Shown here: positions 1 to 13,095 of the stretch, in pieces | How positions within the stretch are numbered: the first letter of the stretch is position 1 | How the letters are laid out: each line of letters starts with the position of its first letter | Assembly (NCBI GenBank): GCA_963514005.1 | Contig: OY740807.1 | Span: 14,384,001-14,448,000 of the forward strand | Source of the DNA: Raja brachyura | Taxonomy: Eukaryota | Direction: 5' to 3' | Length of the DNA: 64,000 nt | The notes under the pieces: model-generated | Database searches by the model: none | What the model was told of the DNA's origin: nothing | Seen by the model: only the letters and a program-made list of their open reading frames with translations | Translations under genes and position numbers: made by a program

Positions 1-69
1 CAAAGATGCTGCCTGACCCACTGAGTTATTCCAGCGTTTTTTATCTATGGAAAATGAGGGAGCAGGTTG

Positions 70-625
70 AGAAAATTGTTGTATCTGATTGTGGAATTTA
101 TTACCAGAGATAAAGAGAATGAACATTATAAATACTGGTTTGGCCACAACTAAGTGCAGTGCTTAGTTCTGGTTGCCACACATTAGGGAAATAAACAAGG
201 CTTTGGAGAAGGTGCAGAAGAGATTGAGTAAAATAATTCCAGGATTCAGGGAGCTTTGTTCTATAGATAGACTGCAGAAAAGGAGCCTGTTCTCCTTGGA
301 CTAGAAGAGGCTGTGCAGTGATCTAATATTTAAACTCATGAAGGATGCAGCCAAAGTTTCTTCACTTGAGCAGACTGGTCCAAAATGGGGGACATAGATC
401 ACCCAGAGAGTTGTGAATCTGTGGAATTCTCTGCCACAGAAGGCAGTGGAGGTCAATTCACTGGATGTTTTCAAGAGAGAGTTAAGAGCTCTAAGGGCTA
501 AAGGAATCAAAGGATATGGGGGGAAAGCAGGAACGGGGTACTGATGTTGGATGACCAGCCATGATCATATTGAATAGCTGGCTCAAAGGGCCCAATGGCC
601 TACTCCTGCATCTATTTTCTACGTA
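70..625 (+). mobile_element. CR1/HER1-type LINE 3' fragment(s)
   Basis: Decayed RT C-terminus (…LEKVQKR…, QRVVNLWNSLPQKAVE…) followed by the CR1 3' UTR (gccatgatcatattgaat…ggcctactcctgc). Confidence 0.85.
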
Positions 626-1019
626 AGAAACTGGCAAAAGAGCTACAAGTGACATGACGGTTTCTTATATGCAGTGCATTGCTATCACCTGTAATGCTCG
701 GCAGCAGTAGTGATAAATTAAGATTCAATTTTGGTATTTAAGAGGGAGATAGGTAAGTATTCAAAAGGAAATAATTTGAAGGGATGAGAGTGAGGTTGGT
801 GGAATGATTGATTGGTTACTTGGTCAATGGCTGACCGGCATCTTTTCATGCTGTATCGACTCTGTGATTATGTGTCTTGTATTTAACTTTATTTCACGAT
901 CTATGTGAGGGTGGGTTCACCTATACTAGACTGCCTAGGGCTGACTACCATCTAGACTCATCTGTTGTTCATTATTGTTACTGAATTAAATTTTTATTTG
1001 GTAATGACATCATGAGAAT

Positions 1020-1365
1020 CATTGGATGTGGAGAGGATGTTTCCACTAGTGGGAGAGTGTAGGACCAGAGATTACAGCCTCAGAATTAAAGGACGTTATT
1101 TTAGGAAGGAAATGAGGAGGAATTTCTGTAGTCAGATTGTTGTGAATCTGTGGAATTGTTTGCCACAGAGGGATGTGGAGGTAAAGTCAGTGGATATATT
1201 TAAGGCAGATAGATAGATTCTTGATTAGTACGGGTGTCAGAAGTTACGGGGAGAAGGCAGGAGAATGGGTTTAGGAGGGAGAGATAGATCAGCTATGATT
1301 GAATGGCTGAGTAGACTTGATTTGCCGAACGGACTAATTCTATTTCTATCACATGATCTTATGAT
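1020..1365 (+). mobile_element. CR1 LINE 3' end
   Basis: ORF 1022-1216 DVERMFPLVGECRTRDYSLRIKGRYFRKEMRRNF…WNCLPQ is the CR1 ORF2 C-terminus, followed by its 3' UTR. Confidence 0.9.
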
Positions 1366-2399
1366 GAGAAGAACTGGTTAAGTAAGATCTCTATGACGGC
1401 AGTGGAAGGGGGCATGACTGAAGCTGTGAAAGGTTCTGGGTCTATAGCATGGGCTGCTAAATGACTCCATCATCTAATCCTTGACCTTCTCAGTGAAGGA
1501 TCCAGCGGTGCAAGGGGAAAAAAGCTTGGTCATGGTCAACTAATGCTGCCCAACAGAACGCAACTCTCTGGAGAAAATGTGTGCTCAACAAAAAATGGAC
1601 TTATTTATGTTCAATTTTAGTGGTACATCAAGATTATAATCTATTGCATATAGTTTTAATCCCTTCATTGAAGAAGGATATCTTGACACTGGAGGCAGCC
1701 CAGAAGACATTCAGTCGCCTCGTTCCTGGGGTAAGAACGAATGGCTAAACAAGGTTAGGTCTATATTCATTGGAGTTTAGAAAAAACAGGAGTGAACTTA
1801 TTGAAACATTTCAGATCCTAGCACCGTTTCTTTCTACAAAAATGGATAACTTCACATTTTACCACACTTCCCACGTTGATGCCCAATCACTTAACATGTC
1901 TATATGTCCTTGAGACGTCTCTGCCACCTTGTCACATTACCACTTAGCTTCACTCCTTGCAGCATCCCTCTAATTGCACCCTGCTAACCAGAGAGGTATT
2001 CTCATTCTTTAACCAACTCTCAACTGTGCTAACGAATCATTCCCAATGTAATGTGCTCTAACATTGTTCACCATATTTATGTATGAGACCTCATGCAAGA
2101 GTGCTGAAAATCCGCATTTATCCCATCCACCTGTTCCCCTTCATCTACTCAGATACATCTTCAAAAAACTTCAATATATTAGTCAAACATTTAAAATTCC
2201 ATGAGACTCCCATGTCTTTAGAAGGGTCCCGACCTGGAATGTCACCGGTCTATTCTCTCCCCAGATGCTGCCTGATTACTCAAGCACTTTGTGTTTTGAT
2301 CAAGATTCCAGCATCTGCAGTTCCTTGTGTCACCAATTAAAAATACAGCTTGACTCTGCTTAATGATATTATCAAGGGGCTATCTCACATGGGCACTGA

Positions 2400-3040
2400 A
2401 TCACAATGGATGAGTTGGGCTGAAGCTTCCATTTCCATGCTGTATTACTCTAAGACCGTGATTTTCGAAACTTCTTAATATCACATCCTTTATTACAGAT
2501 TCCAGTGTTCTCTCTACTACTAAATGCCAGACCAACAGATCGTAGTTATCTGTTTTCTTTCTCCATTCTTGCTTCAAAGGTTGCATTACATTTCTCCTTT
2601 CCAATCTGCAGAAACCACTGCAGTGTGCATAACATTTTTGGAAGATGATAACCAGAGTGTCTACTATCTCTAAATCCACCTCTTTCAAACTCTGGAATGT
2701 AGATCATCAGGTCCTTGGGACTTATCAGTTTGTAGACTCATTAACTTCTATCGTACTTTTACATACTACTTAATTTTGTACCCTGACTTGCATCAGATCT
2801 TTTGTTCTCCAGTATTTCTGGCAGGAATTTTGTGTCCTCTTCCGTGAAACGCAGGTTTAATACCCCTGCCATTTCCAAATTTGGATTGTTTTCCCTAGAA
2901 TGCCAGAGGTTTAGATAGAGACCAGAAGAATATGAAATTATAGAAGCCTAGACAGAGTAGATAGTCAGAAGCTTTTGCCCAGGGTGGAAATGTCAAAGGC
3001 TGTAGGGCATAGCTTTAATGTGAGATAGATAAAGTGTAAA
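2400..3040. mobile_element. Degraded CR1 ORF2 fragments (2400-2870 minus; 2880-3040 plus)
   Basis: KEVDLEIVDTLVIIFQ…LESVIKDVI is a CR1 RT N-terminal-like stretch. The second piece resembles the LFSLE…RG…LFPRVE region. Confidence 0.7.
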
Positions 3041-3044
3041 GGAA

Positions 3045-3140
3045 GATAGACACCAAGCTGGAGTAACTCAGCGGGACAGGCAGCATCTCTGGAGAGAAAG
3101 AATGGGTGACATTTCGGGCCGAGACCCTTCTTTAGACTAG
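3045..3140 (-). mobile_element. Penelope-derived short terminal-repeat unit (degenerate hammerhead core)
   Basis: gatagacaccaagctggagtaactcagcgggacaggcagcatctctggagag…gacatttcgggccgagacccttctttagac; same family as 63660-63755. Confidence 0.75.
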
Positions 3141-3304
3141 TTAGGGATAAGGGAAACAAGAGATATATAAATTGCATTCAACATCTCCTGTTAATTCAAG
3201 GCCATTGTAGTAATATATATTTAAAATTATACAGTGATTTGTGTTGCAGTGTCAAAAATGTAATGAGGTAAATATAAAGCTAAGAGATGGATCAGATTTT
3301 AATT

Positions 3305-3690
3305 AACAACAGCCTGCCAACTCATACCCTGGTTATTGCCTCTTCTTCCTTCTCCTATTGGGTAGAAGGTATAAAAGCTTGAAAGCAGGTACCATCAAAC
3401 TCAGGGATAACTTCTTCCCCTCCACTATCAGGCTTCTGAATGGTCCTCACATAGCCAGGGTATAGTCATGATCTTCCAACCTACCTCATTATAAACCTTG
3501 GACATTTTCTCTGGAACTGTTATGCTACAATTCTGCAAAACTATATTCTGCGCTCTTGGTATTTTTCTCTTTGCTCTACTTTCTATGGTTTGACTGTGCT
3601 CATGTATAGTATTATCTGATTTAATTGTATAGCACGTAAGCAAAAGCGTTTCACTGTATCTCGGTACTTGTGACTATGATATACCAACAC
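3305..3690 (+). mobile_element. Rex1/Babar LINE 3' end
   Basis: Encodes …PGYCLFFLLLLGRRYKSLKAGTIKLRDNFFPSTIRLLN (Rex1/Babar C-terminal motif). The tail ends tttcactgtatctcggtacttgtgac. Confidence 0.8.
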
Positions 3691-6065
3691 CAATACCCGT
3701 GACGTTATGAAGTCCAAACTGCTTTATATCAGTTCTACCATGTGATGAAGCAGCCAGCAAATCAGGGTGGTAGGATGATGCTGAGATCTGCAGATGAAGG
3801 TCCTTTCAGTAGGGGATGTCATTAAGTCAACACACCATGTCCCTCATGGGGCCAGTGAAGAAGCCCATCACACCAAGCCCCTGCTAGCATCCAGCAATCG
3901 TGAAGAGACCTCCCTGCTTTGTCAAGTAGCTCTCCTTTTGCCTGCCACTCTCCAGCAAATTGTTCTTCAGAACAATTTGCCGTGAGGACTGAATTCATTC
4001 TCCCCAGAAGTGACAGAGTGGCAGGATGCATAAACGATACAATGACATCCCGTCCTGATGGATCAGTGAAGGGGAGGCTGGGGCCGCTCTGAATAGAAGA
4101 GATTCTTCCTCATCATCTCATACTGTCACTGTGAATTACAGTCAGGTCCTGGGTAATGAAAGCAGCATCCTCAAATCAATGGGACACAATTCTCCCCATG
4201 GAGTTCAGAAAAATGCAGCCCACTTTTCACACACTGGCCTTTCTTGCAAATTGCCTGCTATTCAAAGTCCAAGCTTAATGCTTGCTCCTTCCTTTTTCTA
4301 TCTTTAGAGTCTCTTAAGTAGTCACTGCAGCATCTAAGAGCAGACAGCTGGCCCGAGGCTTCATGCAAGCACAGAATCGACAATTAATTCCAATAAAAAG
4401 AAGAGAAACCTGGATTAGCTCCTTGTCCTTGAGCCTCTCTGATGTGGAATGTGTCATCACAGTTACAAGCTAAGTGTTGGAGAAATCAGACTGGGGCAAG
4501 AGTGGTAATTAAAAAAAAAGACTGCTCTCTCCCACTACCATAGACACATTGGATTAAAACCAGGGCGTCTTCTCCCCATTTTCATACAATAGGGCAACGA
4601 GGCCTCAGGTCTAAGCACCAGTCAGCAGCTAAGTTTGGGCTACACGAGAGGATGTAATATTAACTGGCAGGTGATGTCCAGCTGATCCATCAAACCTGCC
4701 CCACGCTCCTGGTGGCCAAATGATCATGCCTGAGCAGTTTTCTAGCTTTCTCCCCCTCCTCATTTCTTCCGTCATTCCCTGCACAGCGATGGGAGACTTC
4801 CCAAAAAAGGAAAAATCCATAGGATCAATGAGGTGGGAAAATCACTGACAGAAAACTTGGCGACTTTTCCAGGGGATCAAAAGCACAAATCAGGCCAAGG
4901 GTTACTTGCGAAGATTTGATATAATTTCTGCAGCGCAGATGCAAGGAGGCAGTGAGCAGTCATGACAGGTGAGAACGGACATCGGCAAGGGTGGAGCTGA
5001 GCAGAGACGATGGGTGAGGAAAGGGAGAGGGTAAGGAGAGTTCTCGGATAGAGACACGGTCTGGAAAGGTGAGGTGCTGTGTCAGCAGGGACAGAGACAA
5101 GGTAATGGATGTGGAAGAGACAAGCCAGGGATGCAGGCCGAGTGAAAGGTCAGGGCAGAGCAGGGCAGAGAGGCTGGGCAAGGCAGGGTCATGGGGCAGG
5201 AACTGTGGGGTTAATTACAACATCTGACACAATAATCATCCTCTCCATCTGTTGAAACAAAGACTCATCCACTCTATCATTCCTGAAAATCCCAAATTGG
5301 TGAAATTCCTTACTTGGTTTTCTCTGCATCCTACAATTGACAGACTTCTAAAAGCTAAAATTAATGGCGCCAAATCATTAATTCTTGCTTTACCTCATCT
5401 TCACTCTTGCTCTTTTCAACCTTCATGTGTCCTACACCGTGCATTTTGTCCCGTTACTTTCCATTTCAATAAACTTCAAGATCTTTGGCCCAAGTAAAAG
5501 CTAAGATAATCTGTTGTGCAGGCGGATGAGTTAAATATCAGTCAGAAAATTGCACATATTCTCACATATGCACCATGAGCAACGAGGAAGAAAGAAGATG
5601 TATGTTGTCAAATAAAGAAAATTTAGAGAATCGCCTTCTGAACATCTGCCTGTTGTGCTGCCTGGTTTCCATCCTGAATAAGCCCTGATGTGAGAGTGCA
5701 GCAGAGTCCCCACACCAACCACTCCCCACCACACTAACACCCCTCTCAACCCTTAAATTTAGACTGATCTAAGAGGTAATGGCAGCACTTGTACCTTAAA
5801 TAACAGCCCGCCACTGCAATTGGAAAAGGCAGGACAAAGTTCTGGTCGCCAGTCCTCATCAGAGACCAAATGAGAGGATAAAAACTGGAACCATTTCTCC
5901 CACAAGAGGTTGTGCTCACTTTTTAAAAAGAAAACCCGCACGTTGTGTATCTGAGAAATCCCATGCAGTGTTTTTGTATTAGTTGTGTGAGGGAAAGGGC
6001 AGGGAAGGACAGTGTGTCTTCATTAGGGAAATAGAAACTGAAATTTGTGATACAACTGCATGTAT

Positions 6066-6150
6066 AAAGAGAGAGAGGGAGGGAAGGAGGGAGATCGAGA
6101 GAGAATGAGAGGGAGGGAGGAAGAGACTGAGAGAGAAAGGGAGAGAGAAG
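6066..6150. repeat. GA-rich polypurine tract
   Basis: agagagagagggagggaaggagggag… low-complexity sequence. Confidence 0.85.
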
Positions 6151-6799
6151 ACATGGATGAGTGTACAGATTAGTCCTTGTGGTAAGGTCTGATAGTACCA
6201 TGGTAGTCAAACACTCTTGCTCAAGGGATTGTTGAAGAAGATTATACCTTTGTTAATCAAGTCAGCTGCAAGTGCAGTTGGTTTCCTGCTGAATGCTGCA
6301 TTTAACAATGTTTCGGACCAATAATCTAACATCGCGGCTCTCAGGCCATCTTTCGTTCCGCTTCATGTGCAGTCTTGCTACCTAATTAAGTTTACACACA
6401 GCTAGATTATCTCTGCACATAATGTGCCAGGGATCCTTCTCGTTTGAAAGGCTAAGTCTGACTACATTAACGTAGTTCTGAGAATTTCCTAATAATTTCC
6501 AAATAAAAAGACACAAAATTGCTGGAAATGCTCAACAGGTCAGGCAGCATATGTGGAGAAAGAAAGAGTTAATACCTCAGGCCAATGATCTTCAAATATT
6601 CTCAATAGATTCAGCCATGCTCACTCAATCCATCTAACAGATTTGTTAGATGGACAAATCTTTGTAGTTAATTCTGTTCTACTTTGATTTATCATTTCTC
6701 TCAAGGGAAACTCAGAGGGAAAAACTAAAATCAGCGAGCAGGGAAAGGTTTAGTAAATGCAGTACAATGTGGGAAAATTGTCCATTTAAAGAAAAAGAC

Positions 6800-7080
6800 A
6801 GCTGTCTCACACGCTAGATATCCAGGTTCCAGTCTGACCTCGGGTGCTGTCTGTGTGGAGCTTGCTCTGACCGTGTGGGTTTCCTCTGGGTGCTCCAGTT
6901 TCCTCCTACCACCCAGAGACGTGCTGGTCATTGTAGGTTAGTTGGCCTTGGTAAAATGCCTCTTTTGTGTCGAAAGAGGATGTGAAAGTTGGATAACATA
7001 GAATAAATGTGAATGAATGATTGACGGTCAGCACGGACTCGATGGACTGAAGGGACTGTTTCCACGCTGTATCTATTTAA
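6800..7080 (+). mobile_element. HE1-type V-SINE
   Basis: ccaggttccagtctgacctcgggtgctgtctgtgtggag…gggtttcctctgggtgctccagtttcctcc…gaagggactgtttccacgctgtatct. Confidence 0.85.
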
Positions 7081-7129
7081 TCAATGGTCTCATTACTAAT
7101 TTCTAAGATGCTAATCTCAGTATACTTCA

Positions 7130-7700
7130 GTTTCTCCATAACTCTGTTGCCCTGTTCACCTATTACGTGATTCATATTAGCTCTGGTTTGGCCCGGCCTT
7201 GAATTCCCACGTCTTTAAATCCCCCCATCTCTCACTTGTGCCCACCTCTGTTTGTGACCTCTCACTTTAACACAACTTTGAGTTCTTGACATTCCTACAA
7301 TGCTAGCTTCCTCTGCAACGCTGAATTCCTTTGTTTGCCATTAGTGACTGCCTTCAGTAGCTGGGACAAAAGGCAGATTACCTTTCCAGGATACAGAACA
7401 CAGGACATTTCAGCATGGAAACAGGCCCACCATGTCAGTGCCGAACATGATACCGAATTAATCTTCCCTGCCTGCACGTGCTCCATATCCCTCCATTCCC
7501 TGCATATCCATATTTCTGCCTGGAATCTTGTCACTAAACTTCATATCATCCTTTGCCCCCTGAAATCAAACTCTTTGACCAAGCTTTAGGTTTGACTGTG
7601 TGGCTCGGTGGCAAACTTTGACTGAAAAACGTCCTTCTAAAGTGTGTCTTGCGACAGTTTTTCATGCTGATGGAGCTGCATAAATGCAAATTATTGTTGC
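7130..7700 (+). mobile_element. Old L2-type LINE 3' end with a nested minus-strand CR1 tail (~7390-7515)
   Basis: gccttcagtagctggg…ctggaatc…ctctttgaccaagcttt…ataaatgcaaattattgttg is an L2-like tail. Confidence 0.55.
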
Positions 7701-8484
7701 GAGTCAAATAGGTGCAACAGACAGGAACTGAAATTGGCCGGTTCCCTTGGGCCAAGAGTTTTGAGAGGTCTCCTACCCATCCTGTGTCTGCTAGGTGGGC
7801 AGATAGCCAAACCAGATGGACATTTCAGCACTGATTACTGTTTTTGAGTAGTCATGTACATGAGGGGGTTAAAACCACAGCCGGAATGGTAGATTATAAA
7901 CACTTGCTGCATGAAAAATGGTCCATCGGATCAGCACAGGATGTGTGTCCTTCTGACCGGATGCCTGGAAGCTGTCACTGATTTCAATAAATGAATCTCT
8001 TTGTAACAAGACCGACACTGGGTCATCCACAACAGCTTGAAAAAAAAAGACCATGTTGAAAATGAACTGTTAAACCATTAGAGAGATTTTATTCTTGTTC
8101 CACCCAAATTTTTAGCCATACTCCTGTTTACCAAATTTACCATTCGTGGTGACTTAACCCTTTGCTACTCTGGGTGTTTCTGTGCGGGCTGAGAGCACTT
8201 CTGCCGACCGACAAGCAACTCCCACACACTCTCCGAGGTTTCCAGCACGCTCCAGCCTCACCAAGTCAGTCACTCCACTCATGTACTTTGATGGGAAAAC
8301 AAGATTATGTGCGAGCTTGCTGATAGACATGTTTCCTGCATTACAAAGCTGACTGCACTTTCAAAATCTTTCACAGGCCGCAAAGCTATTTTAGGACCTC
8401 ACAGAGCATTGAAAGTGAAAGAATAGCTGGGCAGTGTACTGAAAATCCAATGGCTGTAACTTGCCTGGGCTCAGAAATATCTTA

Positions 8485-8572
8485 GACACAAAAAGCTGGA
8501 GCAACTCAGCGGGACAGGCAGCATCAGAGAGAAGGAAAGGGTAACGTTTCAGGTCGAGACCCTTCTTCAGAA
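8485..8572 (-). mobile_element. Penelope-derived short unit with a hammerhead core
   Basis: Reverse complement reads CTGAAGA-AGGGTCTCGACCT-GAAACGTT followed by the family tail. Confidence 0.8.
8543..8570 (-). ncRNA. Putative minimal hammerhead ribozyme core (PLE type)
   Basis: CUGAAGA box, stem II GGUC/GACC hairpin, GAAA box and palindromic ACGU stem III, as described for Penelope-like-element minimal HHRs. Stem I is very short. Confidence 0.55.
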
Positions 8573-8869
8573 CTATCTAGGTGTGCTTCATATCTTCGAA
8601 TGTATTTCATCTCTTCTTTATGCAAGATGCCCAGACCATCTGTAAATAATTTCAAGCATGCCTGCATGGCTCATGCCTCATGGGATCTCTCGATGCATCT
8701 GAGCTTCTTGTTAAGAATGTTTTCTCTGATCACATGAAAGACAAAATGTACAGAAATACGTGCCTCCCCTCGTCGGTTTCCTCCGCCCCTGCAGCAATTA
8801 TTTTAAATCCAGCCATAGAAATGTAATCACAACTTCTTGTAGCTGGTTGCTTCGCAGAAATTCCAGCTT

Positions 8870-9370
8870 CTTGTAGCTGGTGCAGAAATTCCAACACACA
8901 GGAACGCAAGAGGCTGCACGCTGTGGTGGACTGAGTCTGGTCCACCATGGGGACTGACTTCCCCACCATTGAAGCATCTGCTTGAGGCATCACCTCATGA
9001 AGACGACATCTGTCTTCAAGGATACCAACCATCCAAGCCTTGCCCTCTTCTCACTGTGACTATGAAGCTTCAAGTCACACACCACCAGGGCCAGGAATGT
9101 TACTTTCCAATAACGAACAGGTTATTGAACCAACCTGCACAGCCCTAATCCCACCTCGGCAACAGAATATTCCAGACCACCTCTGGTGTACCATGGGCTT
9201 GTCTTGCACTGATATCATGTTTTTTTGCAGTCTTTTTCTTTTCAATTGATGCGCAATTTATGTTTTTGTTTGTCGCAGAGCCTATGTGCCTGAGATGCGG
9301 CTGCAAGCAAAATTTTCAATGTAGCTGTAGCTCACTGTACTTGTGCCTACGACAATAAACTAAATGTGAC
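8870..9370 (+). mobile_element. Rex1/Babar LINE 3' end (degraded)
   Basis: NSNTQERKRLHAVVD…MGTDFPTIE…KSHTTR…FQ…RLLN-like decayed frames; tail …gtgcctacgacaataaac. Confidence 0.75.
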
Positions 9371-9695
9371 TGACTTGGAATCTAGAAGAAATTATGCATG
9401 AAAAATAGGTTCAAATAACATCCTCAGCCAAAATGGCAGTACAGACAGATAACAGACCTGTAAAAGAGACCTGCAATATACTGCATAACATGCTCATTCC
9501 GGGATGGAGCAAGAGTATACTTGTAATTTCCTGAACCGTGTACACAGAGTGGAAAAGAGCGTTTGACATTCCCTCCCTATGAAGATCAACAGAGGCTTAG
9601 GAGCATCTTGACTACTATATCTGCCTGGTTTGGCCTAAACATACCTGTGATTGCTCTTCAATGGCCAGTGAAGAGAAAAGTTAACTAGTGAAGAT

Positions 9696-9883
9696 AGACA
9701 CAAAAAACTGGAGTAACTCAGCGGGTCAGACAGCAATAGATGACGTGTCTTTTCGGAAGAAGGGTCTCGACCCAAAATGTCACCGATTCCTTGTCTCCAG
9801 AGATGCTGTTTGACCCGCTGAGTTACTCCAGCTTTTTGTGTCTATCTTCAGTTTAAACCAGCTTCTGCAGTACTGTTCTACAC
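9696..9883. mobile_element. Fold-back Penelope-derived short element with a TSD-like flank
   Basis: An inverted partial unit is followed by a direct unit (ggaagaagggtctcgacccaaaatgtcacc…). Flanks agtt(aa/gg)ctagtgaagat at 9679-9695 and 9884-9900. Confidence 0.8.
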
Positions 9884-9989
9884 AGTTGGCTAGTGAAGAT
9901 CTGAGCGTACTGGGTGCACTAATGGGGTCAGGGTCTATCACACTTTCCTCTTGCTTACATTACCCGAGTAAAGAAGAATAAAGAACCGC

Positions 9990-10340
9990 AGTTACATAAT
10001 CTCTTCACAATCGCAGGATGACCCAAATGTTTTACCGTACCTTTGAAATGTAATGACTGTTGTAATGTGGGTAAGACAACAGCGGACGGTAAACTCTCAC
10101 CAACTACATGATAGTGACAAGGAGCTGCATTAGTAACATTGATAAATATTGACCACCAAAACACTAGAGAGTAATCGGATATCACAGGATGGTTTGCATC
10201 CATCTAGGAGCGTAGTTAGTCCTTTGTTCAACGTTTGGTCTGTAAGACTGTACTTTGAACAGTGAGGACCGTTCAATAGCACACTGACAGGCTTGACCTA
10301 GGATCCGGACCCATGTCTTTGAGCAAGGCTAAACAACACT
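9990..10340 (-). mobile_element. SacSINE1/Deu-domain SINE (old)
   Basis: Reverse complement resembles the Deu domain (…tttgaaatgtaatgactgttgtaatgtggg…gataaatattgacc…). Confidence 0.55.
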
Positions 10341-12294
10341 CACCAATGTGTGACCTGCTCTATAGATATCTCCCTGTCTTCATTATTGGTAGAATTGCAG
10401 AAAGAGGGCTCTAAATCTTTAAACTTTGAACCAGAAATAAAATTACTAGCAAGTCTTCAAAGGTTCAAAGTCCAAAACGCTTTTTAATCTGTTTTCCTGA
10501 AAGTTCCAATCAGAAACAATGATGAGTGTGGAGTGTTTGCCCAGGAACTGGACAGATATGAATAAATCTCACTCATTGATTTGACCCTGTAGGTCCCTTA
10601 TCTGCAATTCCAGGGTTAAAATATCCTGGTAACGCTCAGTCATCACCACCTCAGGCATGCTACGTTGCGATAAATCACGCCTTTCTTGAACTCTTGGGGT
10701 TAATGTCTTCGGATTGATGGTTTTGCCCTCTAGCTTTTCCTCATCCTATCTCAAGTGGCTGGGGTCTGGTCCTATGGATGCTGACAGCTTGCTAGTACCT
10801 CATCCAAAGGGTCAATCTTTGTGTGCAAAACAAATCCAAGAACTTTGCTAACCAAAGGCTGTCAATATTTACCGGGTTCTCTGAGTGTGCCTGCTTTCAT
10901 AACAAGATCCTTGGACCATCTCAACATTTCCTTCGGTGCCACAATATTTTGAAAGTAGTTTTCTTTGTATGAAAAAAGAATGAAAATAATTCCGTTTTCA
11001 ACTTGTTTGTTGTTGAACAAAACATTTGAATATAGAAAATGTTTGCAGGGGTAGGCTGCATGGCCTCGCAAGCTTTCTCAATCACGTTAACAAGTCACAC
11101 TCATTCTAATGTCAATTTGCCTGGTTCTTACATCCAGCAATCTCCTTCAAATCCAACAAAAAATCATCACCGAACATACACCACAACTGTGCCTCCACTG
11201 CCCTTGGCTAGAGGGTTTGGCTACTCTCTCGCTCCCCTTTGCATCCTGTTGTCTCCCCTTCTCCCCTTCCCCCTTGATCACTTTCTACTTCCTTCCTTGA
11301 GCACGCCCTTCATTGTTCACCTTCCTCTCTGTCATTCTTCCCTCTACCTCTCCTTAGATTTATGGGTTAATTGGCTTTTGTAATTTGCCCCTAGTTGTGG
11401 GGAATGGATACAAAAGTGAGATAAAATAAAACTGGTGTGAATGCGGGATCGATGGTTGGCATGGACCCGTGGGGCCGAAGGGCCAGTTTTGATGCTGTAA
11501 GTTTTAGTTGCATTCAATTCACACAGGGTGTGTGGCTGCTTACCATAACCACTGTAAGTCCCGTGCAGTTATGTGCATTTTCAACACTCCTTCAAAGCTT
11601 TAAGTGCAATATATCAAATATCATGCATCATGTAATGTATTATTAACTATAATGTGTACACATTGAAATTGAATTTCTTCTCCAAATGTGAATTTTGACA
11701 AAGAATTACTGCCCTGAGTACTTGTTCGGTCCAGGGTTACACTATTTTTCCTCTGAAATAATCAAGTTATCACAGCAATGGTTTGGAACGGTGCAAGCTG
11801 TAACCCATGGCAACAGTGCCTGTGCATTTGCAGGACCCGCGATGGAGAAACGTTCTGGAGAACCAGCAGGCTTCAGATGGAGGACTATAGTGGCATCTCT
11901 CCATCCTCCGGCAGCGAGCCCCATAGGAAGGAAGCGACCTCCCAATGGAGAAGAGAGCGAGGATCAGTCAGTCAGCACATCCTCACTGCACTCTCGTCCA
12001 TTCATTGACCAGAAGCACATGTGGATGAATTGGGAATCCAGATGTGACTAATTGCATGCACCTTAAATTAGCAAATTAAAAAATTAATATTAGACACCAA
12101 TGCTAGTCATGTAATCGTCACATCCTATCAAAGCAGTAGATTTATTTTGAATTGTTGACAAAATGGTCGTGATGATATTTATTAAAAAATATGATGCATT
12201 TTTGTCTGTGCTGTGTGCAAATAAGAAGTGTTTTCTACTAAAATGAATGCAAATGAATGAATGTTCGAGTTTAGAGTTTAGAAGTAACTTGGCT

Positions 12295-12590
12295 TCCATT
12301 TCTTGGCCCACCGAGTCCACGCCAACTATCGATCACCCATTCACACTAGTTCTATTTTAACGCACTTTCTCATTCACTCACTATACATTAGGGGCAAATT
12401 TATAGATGCCAATTAACCTCCAACCTCGCATGTCTTTGGGATGTGGGAGGAAACCCAAGCACCTGGAGGAAACCATGCAGTCACAGAGGGAATGTGCAAA
12501 CTCCACACCGACAGCCACCCAAGTTCAGGATCGAACTTGGAATCTCCGGTGCTGTGTGGCAGCAACTCTATCAGCTGTGCCATTGTGCTG
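12295..12590 (-). mobile_element. HE1-type V-SINE
   Basis: ggcccaccgagtccacgcc…tgtgggaggaaacccaagcacctggaggaaacc…gtgcaaactccacac…ctctatcagctgtgcc. Confidence 0.85.
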
Positions 12591-12799
12591 TCCTTTGATC
12601 AAAATTCAACTGAAGCAGACATGTAAACACTTTCACAGTAAGACCAAGTTACAAGCTGGAGATTTGGTGATGAGTGACTTACCTGAAATGTTGACTTGAT
12701 TTCCCGTCTCACATATGCTGCCTGACCTGCTGATTATTCCAAGCTTTTTCTAATTCAAACCTCCAGTATCTAGTGCCAGACCAGCTAGAAAATACTCAA

Positions 12800-13095
12800 A
12801 TTACTCACGGCTTCAACCGCACCTTCCAAACCCGAGACCATTACCACCAAGACGGACAGGGAAGTAAGCGCAAGGAAACACCGCCAACTGCAGGCTCCCC
12901 TCCAGAATACACACCAATCAAATACGTTTCCAAATAAATCACCAACCCTTCATTGTCGCTGGCTCTAAATCCTGGCACCAGAAGGTCTACAGCAGTTCAA
13001 GAAGCTGACTCCCTTACCATCTTCTCAAAGACAATTAGGGATGGGCACTTAATGCTGAAATGTTCATGTCTCAAATAATGAATAATAAAAAAAAG
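12800..13095 (+). mobile_element. CR1/L2-superfamily LINE 3' end with A-rich tail
   Basis: HLPNPRPLPPRRTG…FIVAGSKSW…QQFKK…HLLKDN-like frames. A related piece lies at ~24440-24580. Confidence 0.6.

Noticed and set aside
3905-3945. Minus-strand KESYLTKQGGL resembling a PH-domain beta-1 strand (DAPP1-like KEGYLTKQGGL)
   Set aside because: Followed by FTIAGC and a stop, with no WK.RWF motif or suitable splice sites; likely chance.
5923-6017. In-frame candidate BCAS3 alternative exon after …ccctaatgaag| (DTLSFPALSLTQLIQKHCMGFLRYTTCGFSF*)
   Set aside because: Only the first two residues resemble the recalled human optional exon. There is no in-phase GT donor and the acceptor is weak. RNA-seq would be needed.
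11695-12051. 118-aa ORF and overlapping ORFs
   Set aside because: No recognisable domain or exon structure; antisense to BCAS3; length expected by chance.
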